A DNA stretch of 58,315 nucleotides. It comes from an uncultured Anaeroplasmataceae bacterium (GTDB lineage: Bacteria > Bacillota_I > Bacilli_A > Acholeplasmatales > Anaeroplasmataceae). The stretch is taken from positions 1 to 58,315 of the forward strand of contig CAZJAM010000004.1 of the NCBI GenBank assembly GCA_964544095.1. The letters are read 5' to 3'. The notes beneath the pieces are model-generated. The model was not told where the DNA came from, ran no database searches, and saw only the letters and a list, made by a program, of their open reading frames with translations. Of the stretch, positions 1 to 9,728 are shown piece after piece (position 1 is the stretch's first letter; each line of letters begins with the position of its first letter). The translations under genes and the position numbers were made by a program.

Positions 1-30
1 AAAAAAACCTCCTAACATGAAGTTAAGAGG
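1..30 (-). terminator. Rho-independent terminator downstream of tRNA-Leu
   Basis: On the minus strand, a 9-bp stem CCUCUUAAC/GUUAGGAGG (one G-U pair) with loop UUCAU is followed by a U7 run that reaches the window edge. It lies 14 nt after the tRNA 3' end. Confidence 0.6.
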
Positions 31-44
31 TCAACATTTCTCTA

Positions 45-132
45 TGGTGCCCAGAACGGGAATCGAACCCGTATTCTATCACTAGAATTAGATTTTGAGT
101 CTAACGCGTATACCTAATTTCGCCATCTGGGC
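45..132 (-). tRNA. tRNA-Leu (anticodon CAA), type II with long variable arm and encoded CCA
   Basis: The reverse complement reads GCCCAGA-TG-GCG..CGC-G-TTAGA-CTCAAAA-TCTAA-(17-nt variable arm)-ACGGG-TTCGATT-CCCGT-TCTGGGC-ACCA. The 7-bp acceptor stem pairs perfectly, the T-loop is GTTCGATTC and the anticodon loop is CU-CAA-AA. Total length is 88 nt. Confidence 0.93.
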
Positions 133-137
133 AATTA

Positions 138-166
138 ATTTTATGGTAAATCAAGAATTAATGTAA
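138..166 (-). promoter_or_regulatory. Putative sigma-A promoter for tRNA-Leu
   Basis: Minus strand reads TTACAT (161-166), 17-nt spacer, TAAAAT (138-143). The -10 ends about 6 nt before the mature tRNA 5' end. Confidence 0.35.
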
Positions 167-354
167 AACCTTACTACCAGCATATAAATTAAAGCTATTT
201 TTTATAACATTTGTTTTCAAATCGCATTAATCATACTCGCTATAGAATTTTAACATTTTTTATTATCAAAATCAATAACTATATAGAAATCGCAATAAAA
301 TTATTGCATGAAATAATTATTTTGCTTATTACTTAAAATAATTAAGTTTGTTTA

Positions 355-389
355 ATATAAAAATAAATCTTGGTATTTCTACCAAGATT
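355..389 (-). terminator. Rho-independent terminator of argS
   Basis: A perfect 10-bp stem AATCTTGGTA/TACCAAGATT (366-375 and 380-389) with a 4-nt loop is followed by a U-rich tail, just below the argS stop. Confidence 0.7.
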
Positions 390-395
390 CATCTA

Positions 396-2096
396 CTACA
401 TCTTATTTACATAATCTATTCCAAGAAGACGTAATCCTTCATTAATTACAACTCTTACTGCTTGTGCTAAAGCCATATTAGTATTACGTATTTTAGAATC
501 TTCTGCATTTATTTTTTCTTTTGCATAGAAAGCATTAAAGCTTTGGGCAAGATTTAATAAATACTTAGCTACAACTGATGGTGCGAACTCTACTGTTGCA
601 CGCTCTATTGCTGATTTAAATCCTGAAATTATCTTTACAAGTTCAAAGTAATGAGGTAAGGAAAGACGATTTTTATCAAGATTATTTAAATCTATTTCTT
701 GACCATCTACAATAGACTTAATTCTAACTCCTGTATATTGTAGATATGGTCCTGTTTGACCTTCAAACTTTAACATAGATTCAAGATTGAATTCAATATC
801 ATTTGTACGATGATTCTTTAAATCATTAAATACAATAGCTCCAATTCCAACCTTACGTGCAATTTCATCTTTATTTTCAAGATTAGGATTCTTCTCTTCT
901 ATTTGTTTTTTAGCTTGAGCTATCGCATCCATTAATACATCATATAACTTTACAACATTACCTTTTCTTGTAGACATCTTAGTACCACCTGTAAGGTATA
1001 ATCCAAAGTTAATATGTTCAATACGTGATCCATAATCATATCCCATTTTTGTAAGTACGGCTTTTAATTGTGTGAAATGAAGCTTTTGTTCATTTCCTAC
1101 AACATATAAGCACTTATCAAAGTGATATGTATTCATTCTATCAAATACTGCCGCAAGATCTCTTGTTATATAAAGAGAACCACCATCTGATCTTTTAATT
1201 AAAGCTGGAGGTAGGTCATCTCCAAGTTCTACTATTTGTGCTCCTTGGTCTTCCTTTAAAAGTCCCTTAGCTTTTAATTCATCTACAACTGGTTCCATCT
1301 TATCATTATAATAAGCTTCACCATTATAAGAATCAAATGTAACACCTAATATATCATAGATTTGTTGAGATTCTTTTAATGATTCTTCTCTAATCCACTT
1401 CCAAAGCTCTACATATTTAGGCTCTCCAAGTTCAATTTTACGGAATGCTTCACGAGCACGGCTATCTAAATCATTACCATCATTTGCTTCTTCATTAAAT
1501 CTTACATAAAGTTTAGACATTTCATTAATAGGATCACGACGAATTGCTTCATCATCTCCCCACATTTCATAAGCTACAATCATCTTACCAAACTGAGTAC
1601 CCCAGTCTCCAAGATAATCAATACCTACAGTTTTATATCCTGCCTTATTAAATATAAGTTTTAATGAATTTCCAATCATTGTTGAACGCAAATGTCCGAT
1701 TGAAAATGATTTTGCGATATTTGGAGACGAATAGTCTAAAACTATAGTCTTACCATTTCCAATATTAGAATTTCCATAATTATTATTGTTTTCTGCTACA
1801 TTCTTTATAATAGATTCTGCTACATTTCCTTTATCAACTAAAATGTTTATAAAAGGTCCTGTAGGATTAACCTCATAAATCATAGTAGATAATCCTTTAA
1901 TAACCTCTACTGCTTCACTAACCACATCAGGTAGTGGCTTATGAAGTTCTTTAACAACTAAAAACATAGGTACACTAATATCACCCATTGAAGCCTTTTT
2001 AGGCTCTTCAATAGTAAGATTTAATGTAATATTATATTTTTCTTTATAGAAATCCTCTAAACCAGACTTTATTATTTGTTTTAAATTATCTATCAT
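396..2096 (-). CDS. argS: Arginine--tRNA ligase
   Basis: 566 aa. Class-I signature SSPNIAKSFSIGHLRS (HIGH-like) and MSTRKG (KMSKS-like) are present, and the C-terminal DALR-type anticodon domain ends in ...NKM, typical of ArgRS. Confidence 0.95.
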   Translation of the reverse strand: MIDNLKQIIKSGLEDFYKEKYNITLNLTIEEPKKASMGDISVPMFLVVKELHKPLPDVVSEAVEVIKGLSTMIYEVNPTGPFINILVDKGNVAESIIKNVAENNNNYGNSNIGNGKTIVLDYSSPNIAKSFSIGHLRSTMIGNSLKLIFNKAGYKTVGIDYLGDWGTQFGKMIVAYEMWGDDEAIRRDPINEMSKLYVRFNEEANDGNDLDSRAREAFRKIELGEPKYVELWKWIREESLKESQQIYDILGVTFDSYNGEAYYNDKMEPVVDELKAKGLLKEDQGAQIVELGDDLPPALIKRSDGGSLYITRDLAAVFDRMNTYHFDKCLYVVGNEQKLHFTQLKAVLTKMGYDYGSRIEHINFGLYLTGGTKMSTRKGNVVKLYDVLMDAIAQAKKQIEEKNPNLENKDEIARKVGIGAIVFNDLKNHRTNDIEFNLESMLKFEGQTGPYLQYTGVRIKSIVDGQEIDLNNLDKNRLSLPHYFELVKIISGFKSAIERATVEFAPSVVAKYLLNLAQSFNAFYAKEKINAEDSKIRNTNMALAQAVRVVINEGLRLLGIDYVNKM

Positions 2097-2110
2097 AATA
2101 TCATCCTTTC

Positions 2111-2140
2111 AATAAATAAAGAGATAGTCACCTATCTCTT
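2111..2140 (-). terminator. Rho-independent terminator after the 208-aa membrane-anchored gene
   Basis: A 9-bp stem AAGAGATAG/CTATCTCTT with loop GUGA is followed by UAUUUAUU on the minus strand. Confidence 0.55.
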
Positions 2141-2149
2141 ATTTTTTAA

Positions 2150-2776
2150 TTAATCCTTTGAACTAGAAAATTTACCAAATGCTTGTTCGATAACATAATT
2201 CCAAGGACATTTTTGATAAGTATCATTAAGGTAGTCATTAGAATTAAATACAACCTTTGAATCTTTGAAAACCCAAAGAGATGGTGCAATAGTCATATCT
2301 ACATTATCTAATGCCTTTTCAACTTCAGTTAATGTATTTTCATTTTCTTCACCAAAGTCTTCATCATCTGTATCTATTGATGAAGCCCAAGTTGAATCAA
2401 GTAGATATACTCTAGATACATCATAAACTTGTGCACGAGCATTTACTGTTTGAATATAAGTTAGATAATCTTCATTTGTAAGTGTTCCATAATACACAAA
2501 TGTATAATCACTAGACTTAATCTTTGATGTTAACTTCTTATATGTGATTTCAGCAAATACATTATCTTCTTCTAATGTTGTACCACTAAAATTTTCTAAA
2601 GCTGATTGTGCATTTGTAATCTTTTTATATAATTTATCTTCTTTAGACTCTATGCTTAAAAGTCCTGTTGCGATTATAACTACTACTATAAACGAAATAA
2701 GTAGTATAAATGGTTTTGTTATTTTAAAGCTTGTTTTAGCTTTTCTATGCTTATTAGATCTCACGCTAAATGACAC
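2150..2776 (-). CDS. Hypothetical protein with N-terminal membrane anchor and an extracytoplasmic domain of unknown function
   Basis: 208 aa. A basic N-terminus is followed by one hydrophobic helix (FILLISFIVVVIIATGLL). No catalytic motif was recognised. Confidence 0.6.
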   Translation of the reverse strand: MSFSVRSNKHRKAKTSFKITKPFILLISFIVVVIIATGLLSIESKEDKLYKKITNAQSALENFSGTTLEEDNVFAEITYKKLTSKIKSSDYTFVYYGTLTNEDYLTYIQTVNARAQVYDVSRVYLLDSTWASSIDTDDEDFGEENENTLTEVEKALDNVDMTIAPSLWVFKDSKVVFNSNDYLNDTYQKCPWNYVIEQAFGKFSSSKD

Positions 2777-2849
2777 CCTTTCTATTACGATATACTATGT
2801 TATTATATCATTTAAATAAAATTATATCAATGTTTAATAAAGATTTTTA

Positions 2850-3722
2850 TTATCTATGTGATGCCATGAAAAATATAGCTAATGTACCAGGTCCTGAATG
2901 TGCACCAATTACAGGTCCAATAGAGCTTATTACTATATCCTCTACATCAACAATTTCTCTTGCACAAGATGCAAGGTATTCTGCATCTTCTAAGCAATCT
3001 CCATGGGAAATAAAGATAGTTTGTTTAAATGATCTATCAACTGTTTCACTAAATTGTTTTAATATTTCCTTTATTGCAGTCTTTCTTCCGATTTTTTTAA
3101 ATCTATTAATTAAATGTCCCATGTTATCAACATGTAGTACTGGATTTATTTTTAAAGCCTTCGCAATAAACGCAGAGGCATTAGATAATCTTCCACCACG
3201 TTTTAAAAAATCTATATCTGACACTGTAAACCAGTGTGCAAGATTAAGTTTATGTTCCTCTAGCCATTTATAATTTTCTTCTAAAGACATACCCTTTACC
3301 ATGTTTTGTTTTGCATACCAGCAAAGTAGTCCTTCACCCATAGATGCACAAAGTGAATCTACAAGTAATACTTTATTATCAGGATATTCTTCTTTTAATT
3401 CTTCTATTGCTAGATGTGCACTATTTATTGTACCACTAAGTCCTGATGAAAACCCTACAATAAGTACATTTTTACCACTATCAAGTATAGGCTTTAATAC
3501 TTCAATAAAATGATTAGGTGTTATTTGGGCAGTTGTAAATGTAACTCCCTCTCGTTCTAATCTATAAAATTCTTCTGATGACATTTCACGTCCATCAAGA
3601 TAATTTACATATTCTTTTTTATCATCTTTAAAAGTCATGGGTATTACAATAAGACCAAGTTTGTTTGCTAAAGATTGGGGTAGGTCTGTAGTAGACTCCG
3701 TAACTATTACATAATCACTCAT
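2850..3722 (-). CDS. DegV family fatty-acid-binding protein (FakB-like), copy 1
   Basis: 290 aa. The N-terminus IVTESTTDLPQ matches the DegV pattern, as do the length and overall layout. Confidence 0.85.
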   Translation of the reverse strand: MSDYVIVTESTTDLPQSLANKLGLIVIPMTFKDDKKEYVNYLDGREMSSEEFYRLEREGVTFTTAQITPNHFIEVLKPILDSGKNVLIVGFSSGLSGTINSAHLAIEELKEEYPDNKVLLVDSLCASMGEGLLCWYAKQNMVKGMSLEENYKWLEEHKLNLAHWFTVSDIDFLKRGGRLSNASAFIAKALKINPVLHVDNMGHLINRFKKIGRKTAIKEILKQFSETVDRSFKQTIFISHGDCLEDAEYLASCAREIVDVEDIVISSIGPVIGAHSGPGTLAIFFMASHR

Positions 3723-3724
3723 TA

Positions 3725-5047
3725 TTATTTTCCTCTATTCTTATTTCTCTTTTTCTTTCCCTCAGCCTTATAAAGTTTTACAGATAGTTCATCTTGCTTC
3801 CTTTGAAGCTTCTTCTTATAGCCTGGTGAAACCTTACCAGCCTTATGAAGCATAGCACGTGCCCTCTTTTGTCCTTCGTTAAGTGGCTTAACTCTCTTTT
3901 CGCGAACATTTCTGCCCTTATATTCTTCTAGTTCTCCCTCTTTACTAATTTGCATATAAATAGGCTTTACACCTTTTTTTGCAAGGTTATCAAGATATAT
4001 ATCATCAAGGTCTGTATAGAATGAATAAACCATTCCTTTATAATTCATTCTACCTGTTCTTCCAGATCTATGAATATAGAATTCAAAATCACGAGGTATT
4101 TCATAATTTATAACTTCAGATACACCATCTAAATCAATTCCACGTGCCGCAAGATCAGAGGCAACAATATATTGATACTTTAAATCTTGCGCATCTTTTA
4201 ATATTCTCTTACGCTCACGAGGAGATAGGTCCCCATGTATTTCACCAACACTTATACCTTTATTTCTTAATGCTCCCGCAACAGATATAACTGTTTCTTT
4301 TTTATTACAGAAAATAATACATAAATATGGATTTATTATATTCATTAATTGTTCAAGCATTTCAAATCTATCACGATGTTTTAAAGGAATCCAAATATGT
4401 GTGATATTAAGTTCAGAATTATCTTTAATATCAATCATTTTAGGATTATCTAAATATTTCTTAATAAAAGGCAATACTTTCTCAGACATTGTAGCTGAGA
4501 AAAACATCATTCTCTTATCATTTAAAATTCCTGCAATAGCGTCAATATCTTCTGCATATCCAGAATCAAGTGCCATATCAACCTCATCTACTACAAGAGT
4601 AGATGCAGTATAGGCTTTTAATACATTTTCATCTACTACTAAATCCTTAAGCTTACCTGGTGTTGATATTACAATTTGAGGTTGAGAATTTCTTAATGTT
4701 TGAATTTCTCTTTCTCTATCAGTACCACCTACATAAACTCTTATAGATATTTCATGTTCTGAAAAAGATGCCATATGTTGGGCTACCTTATATGTTTGAC
4801 GAGCAAGTTCTGTTGTTGGTGATATAATTACTGCTTGTACAATCTTTTTTTCTGGATTAAGATTATTAAATATTGGAATTAAAAAAGCATGTGTCTTACC
4901 ACTCCCTGTTTTTGAACGTACAAGTAAGTTTTCTTTGCATGCCAAAGAATCAAAAACATTTTTTTGTACTTCACTAAAATTTTTAAACCCTAAATCCTTA
5001 CAAGCACTTACTATAAAATCCTTAAGTTCGTATCCACAAAAATTCAT
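3725..5047 (-). CDS. DEAD-box ATP-dependent RNA helicase (CshB-like) with a Lys-rich C-terminal tail
   Basis: Motifs seen: Q motif FSEVQ, motif I SKTGSGKTHAF, Ia PTTELA, II VDEVD (DEVD variant), III SAT, VI HRSGRTGR. The ORF-track start (5059) is a GTG, and the ATG at 5047 is more likely. Confidence 0.9.
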   Translation of the reverse strand: MNFCGYELKDFIVSACKDLGFKNFSEVQKNVFDSLACKENLLVRSKTGSGKTHAFLIPIFNNLNPEKKIVQAVIISPTTELARQTYKVAQHMASFSEHEISIRVYVGGTDREREIQTLRNSQPQIVISTPGKLKDLVVDENVLKAYTASTLVVDEVDMALDSGYAEDIDAIAGILNDKRMMFFSATMSEKVLPFIKKYLDNPKMIDIKDNSELNITHIWIPLKHRDRFEMLEQLMNIINPYLCIIFCNKKETVISVAGALRNKGISVGEIHGDLSPRERKRILKDAQDLKYQYIVASDLAARGIDLDGVSEVINYEIPRDFEFYIHRSGRTGRMNYKGMVYSFYTDLDDIYLDNLAKKGVKPIYMQISKEGELEEYKGRNVREKRVKPLNEGQKRARAMLHKAGKVSPGYKKKLQRKQDELSVKLYKAEGKKKRNKNRGK

Positions 5048-5103
5048 TATATCACTCACTTTCCCAAGAATTATAACATAAAATATTATACTTCACAACA
5101 ATT

Positions 5104-5112
5104 ATGATATAA
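5104..5112 (+). promoter_or_regulatory. Extended -10 element (TGaTATAAT) upstream of ispH
   Basis: TGATATAAT lies about 20 nt upstream of the ispH RBS GGGTGA. Confidence 0.4.
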
Positions 5113-5133
5113 TCATAACAGTGGGTGATTGTA

Positions 5134-5979
5134 ATGGATATTTTAAAAATAACACCTCAAAGTTTTTGTGGTGGTGTAGATAATGCCATCAAAAAAGCTT
5201 TAGAGTATAAAGGACAAAATAATGTATATTGCCTTGGTGAATTAATTCATAATAATATAATGGTTAAAAGAATTTTAGATAATGGTATTAAAACAATAAA
5301 TTCTTCTGGTTTAACAAGATTAGAATTATTAGATAAAATACCTAATAATTCAAGCGTTATAATATCAGCTCATGGCGCTTCTCCTGCCGTTTTTGAAAAA
5401 GCATCACAAAAGAGTTTAAATATAATTGATGCAACATGTCCATTTGTATATAAAACACATAATGAAATTAAAAAATATCTGCGCCTTGGATATGATATAT
5501 TCTATATAGGTTCAAAAGGTCATGCAGAAGCTGAGGGTGCATGTGGAATATCAGATAAAATACATTTAATATCAAATATAAATGATATTGATTCATACAC
5601 ATTCACTTCTAAATCTTTTATAATAAACCAAACAACAATGTCATTATATGATATAAAAGAATTTCATAATAGAATAATAAAGAAATGTCCTGATGTAATA
5701 ATATCAAACACAGTATGTATGGCAACAACAAAAAGACAGGAAGCTGTAATAAACGCTAGAAATTGTGACTTGTTTATAGTAGTAGGTGATAAAATGTCAT
5801 CTAATACTAATAAACTATATAAGCTTGCATCTCTAAAAAATAAAGCTATTATGATAGAGTTAAAAGAAGATTTATTGGATTATGATTTTTCTAATATAAA
5901 CACAATAAATATAACATCCGGTGCTTCAACACCAATTGATATAGTAGATGAAATCATAGAATATTTAGGAAAAAAATAA
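5134..5979 (+). CDS. ispH: 4-hydroxy-3-methylbut-2-enyl diphosphate reductase (MEP pathway)
   Basis: The three cluster cysteines are in the expected contexts (SFCGGV, ATCPFV, NTVCMATTKRQ). The ATG at 5134 sits 5 nt after GGGTGA, and the ORF-track start 5125 is a GTG inside the RBS. Confidence 0.9.
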   Translation: MDILKITPQSFCGGVDNAIKKALEYKGQNNVYCLGELIHNNIMVKRILDNGIKTINSSGLTRLELLDKIPNNSSVIISAHGASPAVFEKASQKSLNIIDATCPFVYKTHNEIKKYLRLGYDIFYIGSKGHAEAEGACGISDKIHLISNINDIDSYTFTSKSFIINQTTMSLYDIKEFHNRIIKKCPDVIISNTVCMATTKRQEAVINARNCDLFIVVGDKMSSNTNKLYKLASLKNKAIMIELKEDLLDYDFSNINTINITSGASTPIDIVDEIIEYLGKK

Positions 5980-6005
5980 GAGTTCACATCGTGAACTCTA
6001 TTTTA
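5979..6005 (+). terminator. Rho-independent terminator of ispH
   Basis: A perfect 9-bp stem AGAGTTCAC/GTGAACTCT with a 3-nt loop is followed by ATTTTAATT. Confidence 0.6.
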
Positions 6006-6032
6006 ATTATATAGAATCAATATCATATTCTT

Positions 6033-6070
6033 TATATAAAAATACACCAAAGGATAACCTTTAGTGTATT
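6033..6070 (-). terminator. Rho-independent terminator of the dinB-HIT unit
   Basis: A 13-bp stem (one G-U pair) AAUACACUAAAGG/CCUUUGGUGUAUU with loop UUAU is followed by UUUAU. Confidence 0.6.
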
Positions 6071-6076
6071 AATAGC

Positions 6077-6529
6077 CTACTTATTTACAATAAACTTAGG
6101 GTCCATTGCGGCAATTAGTTTTTGTCTAATCTCTTCAAGCACCTCATCAGATGGCTCATACGCATGAGTGTTCATTTGGAATATTCCTCCCCACTCATCT
6201 CCACCTTTATACTTAGGGCATAAGTGGAAATGTAGGTGTCCACCTGTATCTCCGTATGCACCATAGTTAATCTTATCAGGATTAAATGCCTTATGCATTG
6301 CAGTAGCTACTGCGTTTACATCTTCAATAAAATCAACTCTTTCTTCTTTAGAAAGTTCAACCATCTCAGATACATGATCCTTATAAGCAACTATAACTCT
6401 TCCGTACTTAGTTTGCTCCTTAAAAATAAATACTGTTGAAGTCTTCATATCGAATGCACGATATCCAAACTTCTCATATAATGATGGATTATCATCCTTC
6501 ATACAATATGCGCAATTTAAATCTTTCAT
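6077..6529 (-). CDS. HIT-family nucleotide hydrolase/transferase
   Basis: The histidine triad GGHLHFHLCPK is present. The ATG at 6529 lies 8 nt after AAGGAG. A longer start at 6571 would overlap the dinB end and remains possible. Confidence 0.8.
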   Translation of the reverse strand: MKDLNCAYCMKDDNPSLYEKFGYRAFDMKTSTVFIFKEQTKYGRVIVAYKDHVSEMVELSKEERVDFIEDVNAVATAMHKAFNPDKINYGAYGDTGGHLHFHLCPKYKGGDEWGGIFQMNTHAYEPSDEVLEEIRQKLIAAMDPKFIVNK

Positions 6530-6557
6530 TTTTATATCTCCTTCTTTTAACACTATT

Positions 6558-7754
6558 TTATTCTTTTTCATTCTTTAATTCAACACCTTTTGTAATAAAG
6601 GTATCACCATATTTATTTTTATATTTCTTAATAATATCATTAATATTATCTTCTTTTTCAAGAATTGATTTCCAAGTAAACAAATTATATTCTAATGCTA
6701 AATCCTCTGATTTAATTAAATTAGAAAATCCTACTCCTATAAGGCGGTAATCTTTTTCTATAAAACTTTCATCAAGTAAATCTTCTATAACATCAAATAT
6801 AACGTATAAATCATCAGTATAGTCTATTGTTTTAGACCTTGTAATAGTTTTAAAATCACTATCTCTTAGGGTTATAGAAATAGTTTTTGTAAGATAATCA
6901 TCATCTTTCAAATCTGTATGCAACCTACGTGCCATATTCTTAAGCTCTATTAGAATATCCGATTCATCAAAAAGATATGTATCATAGGTATTAGATGTAG
7001 ATATTGATTTTGAATCATCATATCGTTTTGGATCAACTACATTAGATGATTTACCATTTAAGGCATTAAGGATTGATAAATACATTCTTCTTCCTATAAT
7101 ATTTTCTATTATATCTTGATTAATAGGATTTGCAAAATCACCTATTGTCTTAATTCCTTCTGATACAAGTTTTGGCGCTGTCTTCTTACCAATTCCAAAT
7201 ATATCACCAACATCAAGTGGGTATAATATTTTATCAACCTCTCTTATTCTTAAAACAGTAATTCCAAGAGGTTTTTTTATATCTGATGCCATTTTGGCAA
7301 GAAAAAGTGTAGGGGCAATACCAATTGATGAGGGTAAGTGGTATTCTTTAACAAGTCTTAATTGAATTTCTTTTGCCACTTCAATTGGATTTCTTCTTTT
7401 AGATATTTCAGTCATATCTGCATATACCTCATCAATTGAGGCTACTTCAACTATCCCACTATATTCTTTTATAAGCGACAAAAATAGATTATGATATTTT
7501 TTATAATCTTCAAAATTAGGATTTACAACTATTAAAGATGGAAGTAATCTATAGGCTTCAATAAGGGGCATTGCGGAATGAATCCCATACTTTCTTGCTT
7601 CATATGAGGCTGTAGATATAACGCCTTTATAAGAGTTTTCTCTTCCAATCGCAAATGCCTTCCCTTTCAAAGAGGGATTTTTTATTACGGCAACCGAACA
7701 AAAAAACATATTCATATCTATATGAAATATAATTTTTACACAAGAATTATTCAT
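6558..7754 (-). CDS. dinB: DNA polymerase IV (Y-family translesion polymerase)
   Basis: 398 aa. IFHIDMNMFFCSVA and SIDEVYADMT match the catalytic Asp/Glu motifs, and the HhH GIGKKTAPKL is present. Confidence 0.92.
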   Translation of the reverse strand: MNNSCVKIIFHIDMNMFFCSVAVIKNPSLKGKAFAIGRENSYKGVISTASYEARKYGIHSAMPLIEAYRLLPSLIVVNPNFEDYKKYHNLFLSLIKEYSGIVEVASIDEVYADMTEISKRRNPIEVAKEIQLRLVKEYHLPSSIGIAPTLFLAKMASDIKKPLGITVLRIREVDKILYPLDVGDIFGIGKKTAPKLVSEGIKTIGDFANPINQDIIENIIGRRMYLSILNALNGKSSNVVDPKRYDDSKSISTSNTYDTYLFDESDILIELKNMARRLHTDLKDDDYLTKTISITLRDSDFKTITRSKTIDYTDDLYVIFDVIEDLLDESFIEKDYRLIGVGFSNLIKSEDLALEYNLFTWKSILEKEDNINDIIKKYKNKYGDTFITKGVELKNEKE

Positions 7755-7832
7755 AAAAATTCCTCTTTCATTTTAAATACTTTTATTATATAATAATTAT
7801 ATCGTAATAAGCGAAATAATTAAAGTTTGTAG

Positions 7833-8015
7833 GTGACTATTTTGGCAAATAATCAATTAGATAAAAAAGATAATAATAAAGACGCAAAAATATATCGTAG
7901 CCCACTTAAAACATTATGGGGTAAAATTCTTATTTGGGCATTATGCCTTGCGATGGTTTTAGGTATAGTTGTTGCGCTTATTTGGAATCTTGTTAAGATG
8001 TATCAAGGTGTATAA
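7833..8015 (+). CDS. Small membrane protein (57-60 aa), function unknown
   Basis: A Lys-rich N-terminus precedes one C-terminal TM helix (ILIWALCLAMVLGIVVALIW). The RBS AGGTGA (7831-7836) favours a TTG start at 7842. A strong terminator follows. Confidence 0.45.
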   Translation: MTILANNQLDKKDNNKDAKIYRSPLKTLWGKILIWALCLAMVLGIVVALIWNLVKMYQGV

Positions 8016-8020
8016 AATAT

Positions 8021-8042
8021 AAAAGGAGCTTCGGCTCCTTTT
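8021..8042. terminator. Bidirectional rho-independent terminator between the convergent small ORF and recN
   Basis: The stem AAAAGGAGC/GCTCCTTTT with loop TTCG has A-runs and T-runs on both sides. Confidence 0.75.
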
Positions 8043-9724
8043 TATTTTTCTTCTAACATCTTTCTTGAAGCCTCAATAAAGTATGAACTTAGTTGAGATC
8101 CACCCATCATTTTAGCGATTTCAAGAATACGCTCATCTGGTTTTAGAACTTTAATAGAAGTTGTTGTTCTATCATTTTTAAATTCCTTTTTAATAAGTAT
8201 TTGATTATCACCCATAGCCGCAACTGATGGTATATGTGTAATACATAGCACTTGCGATGTTTTTGCGATATTTTTCATTTTTAAGGCTATCTCATGTGCC
8301 GCATTACCAGATACTCCTGTATCTATTTCATCAAATACCATTAAAGAAAGATTAGCTCTTCGCGAAAAATATGATTTAAATGCTAACATTATTCTTGATA
8401 GCTCTCCACCACTTGCGGTTTTATTAAGTGGTTTTAATGGTTCACCCTTATTAAGAGATATCATAAAATCAACAGTGTCTATTCCATTGTCATTAAATAT
8501 TAAAGAATTAAGGTAATCACCTTTTTCTACTTCATTAAACGCTACCTTAAATTTAGTATCACTCAAATCTAGGTCATGACACTCATCTTCAATATTTTTT
8601 TCAATATCTAAGGCATTCTTTTTTCTTAAATCTCTTAAAGAAATTGCGCTATCATATGTTTTATTATATAGTACTTCTAACTCTTTTTTCTTTTCTTTTA
8701 TTACATTATCATAATCATTATTAAGAGATATCTCTAGTTTAATATCTTCTAGTTCTTTTATAAGTTCATCAAGAGTTTTATTATATTTCTTTTTAACATC
8801 AGAGATTTCTTTTAATTCTTCTTCAAGTGAGTTTAATTCTTCTTCGTCATAATCAAGTGAATCAAGAGATTTATAAATGAATGACTTTGCTTCTAAAAGA
8901 TTAGAATATGCATCAAATATTACATTTGTATTTTCTAAATATTCCTTATCATATTCTTTAATATCATCTAAAGCTTTATAAGCATTATAAATATTATCAA
9001 GCGAAAAATATTCACTTTCCATATTTTGATATGCTTCATTAAGAGATTTATAAATTTTATCATAATTTGATAATTTTGATATTCTCTCTTCTAACTCTAA
9101 ATCTTTATCTTTTGTTAGATTTAATGCTTCAAGCTCTTCGGCTTCAAATGTTAAATATTCAAGTCTTTCTTTTGAAATGTTATGTTTATTCTCTAATTCC
9201 CTAAATTCACTTAGGGCAGTTTTATATTTGCTTAAATTAAGTTGATATAGATTAAACGCATTTAAAAATGATTCATCATCATAATTATCAATAAATGATA
9301 GATAAGTATCTGGATTTATTAACCTAAAAGTATCATGTTGAACATGTATGTCAGCTAAAAATAAGCTAATGTTTTTTAATAATTGATTATTAATAGTTGT
9401 ATCATTTACTTTAATTATATTACGTCCATTAAGAGATAATTCTCTATAGATTGTAATATTTTCACGTATTTCTATACCATATGATGTAAGTAATTCATTT
9501 ATCTTAGGATTTTTATAATCAAATATACCTTCTATATAAGCCTTATTCTCACCATATCTTATTAAATCTGAATCTGCACGTGCTCCTAAAAGAAGGGAAA
9601 TAGAATCAATGATTAAGGATTTTCCAGCACCTGTTTCTCCAGATAATACTGTCATACCTTCCTGGAATTCTATTTGTATATCTTCAATTATTGCGATATT
9701 CTTAACCATTAATTTTTTAAGCAT
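8042..9724 (-). CDS. recN: DNA repair protein RecN
   Basis: 560 aa SMC-like protein with Walker A GETGAGKS, a long coiled coil, signature SGGELSRIMLA and Walker B MVFDEIDTG. Confidence 0.95.
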   Translation of the reverse strand: MLKKLMVKNIAIIEDIQIEFQEGMTVLSGETGAGKSLIIDSISLLLGARADSDLIRYGENKAYIEGIFDYKNPKINELLTSYGIEIRENITIYRELSLNGRNIIKVNDTTINNQLLKNISLFLADIHVQHDTFRLINPDTYLSFIDNYDDESFLNAFNLYQLNLSKYKTALSEFRELENKHNISKERLEYLTFEAEELEALNLTKDKDLELEERISKLSNYDKIYKSLNEAYQNMESEYFSLDNIYNAYKALDDIKEYDKEYLENTNVIFDAYSNLLEAKSFIYKSLDSLDYDEEELNSLEEELKEISDVKKKYNKTLDELIKELEDIKLEISLNNDYDNVIKEKKKELEVLYNKTYDSAISLRDLRKKNALDIEKNIEDECHDLDLSDTKFKVAFNEVEKGDYLNSLIFNDNGIDTVDFMISLNKGEPLKPLNKTASGGELSRIMLAFKSYFSRRANLSLMVFDEIDTGVSGNAAHEIALKMKNIAKTSQVLCITHIPSVAAMGDNQILIKKEFKNDRTTTSIKVLKPDERILEIAKMMGGSQLSSYFIEASRKMLEEK

Positions 9725-9728
9725 AGAT

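Noticed and set aside
133-354. The 220-bp gap between tRNA-Leu and argS was examined for a structured RNA gene such as SRP RNA, 6S, tmRNA or a further tRNA.
   Set aside because: The region is almost pure A/T. It has no G+C-rich helices and no conserved RNA motifs. Only a putative tRNA promoter and a short 7-2-7 inverted repeat (GCAATAA-AA-TTATTGC at about 289-304) are visible.
2097-2149. A T-box or other leader upstream of argS, and likewise upstream of the LeuRS-like gene (40217-40311).
   Set aside because: Both gaps are too short (53 and 95 nt) and are mostly occupied by the upstream gene's terminator. No GGUGGUACCGC T-box sequence is present in either.
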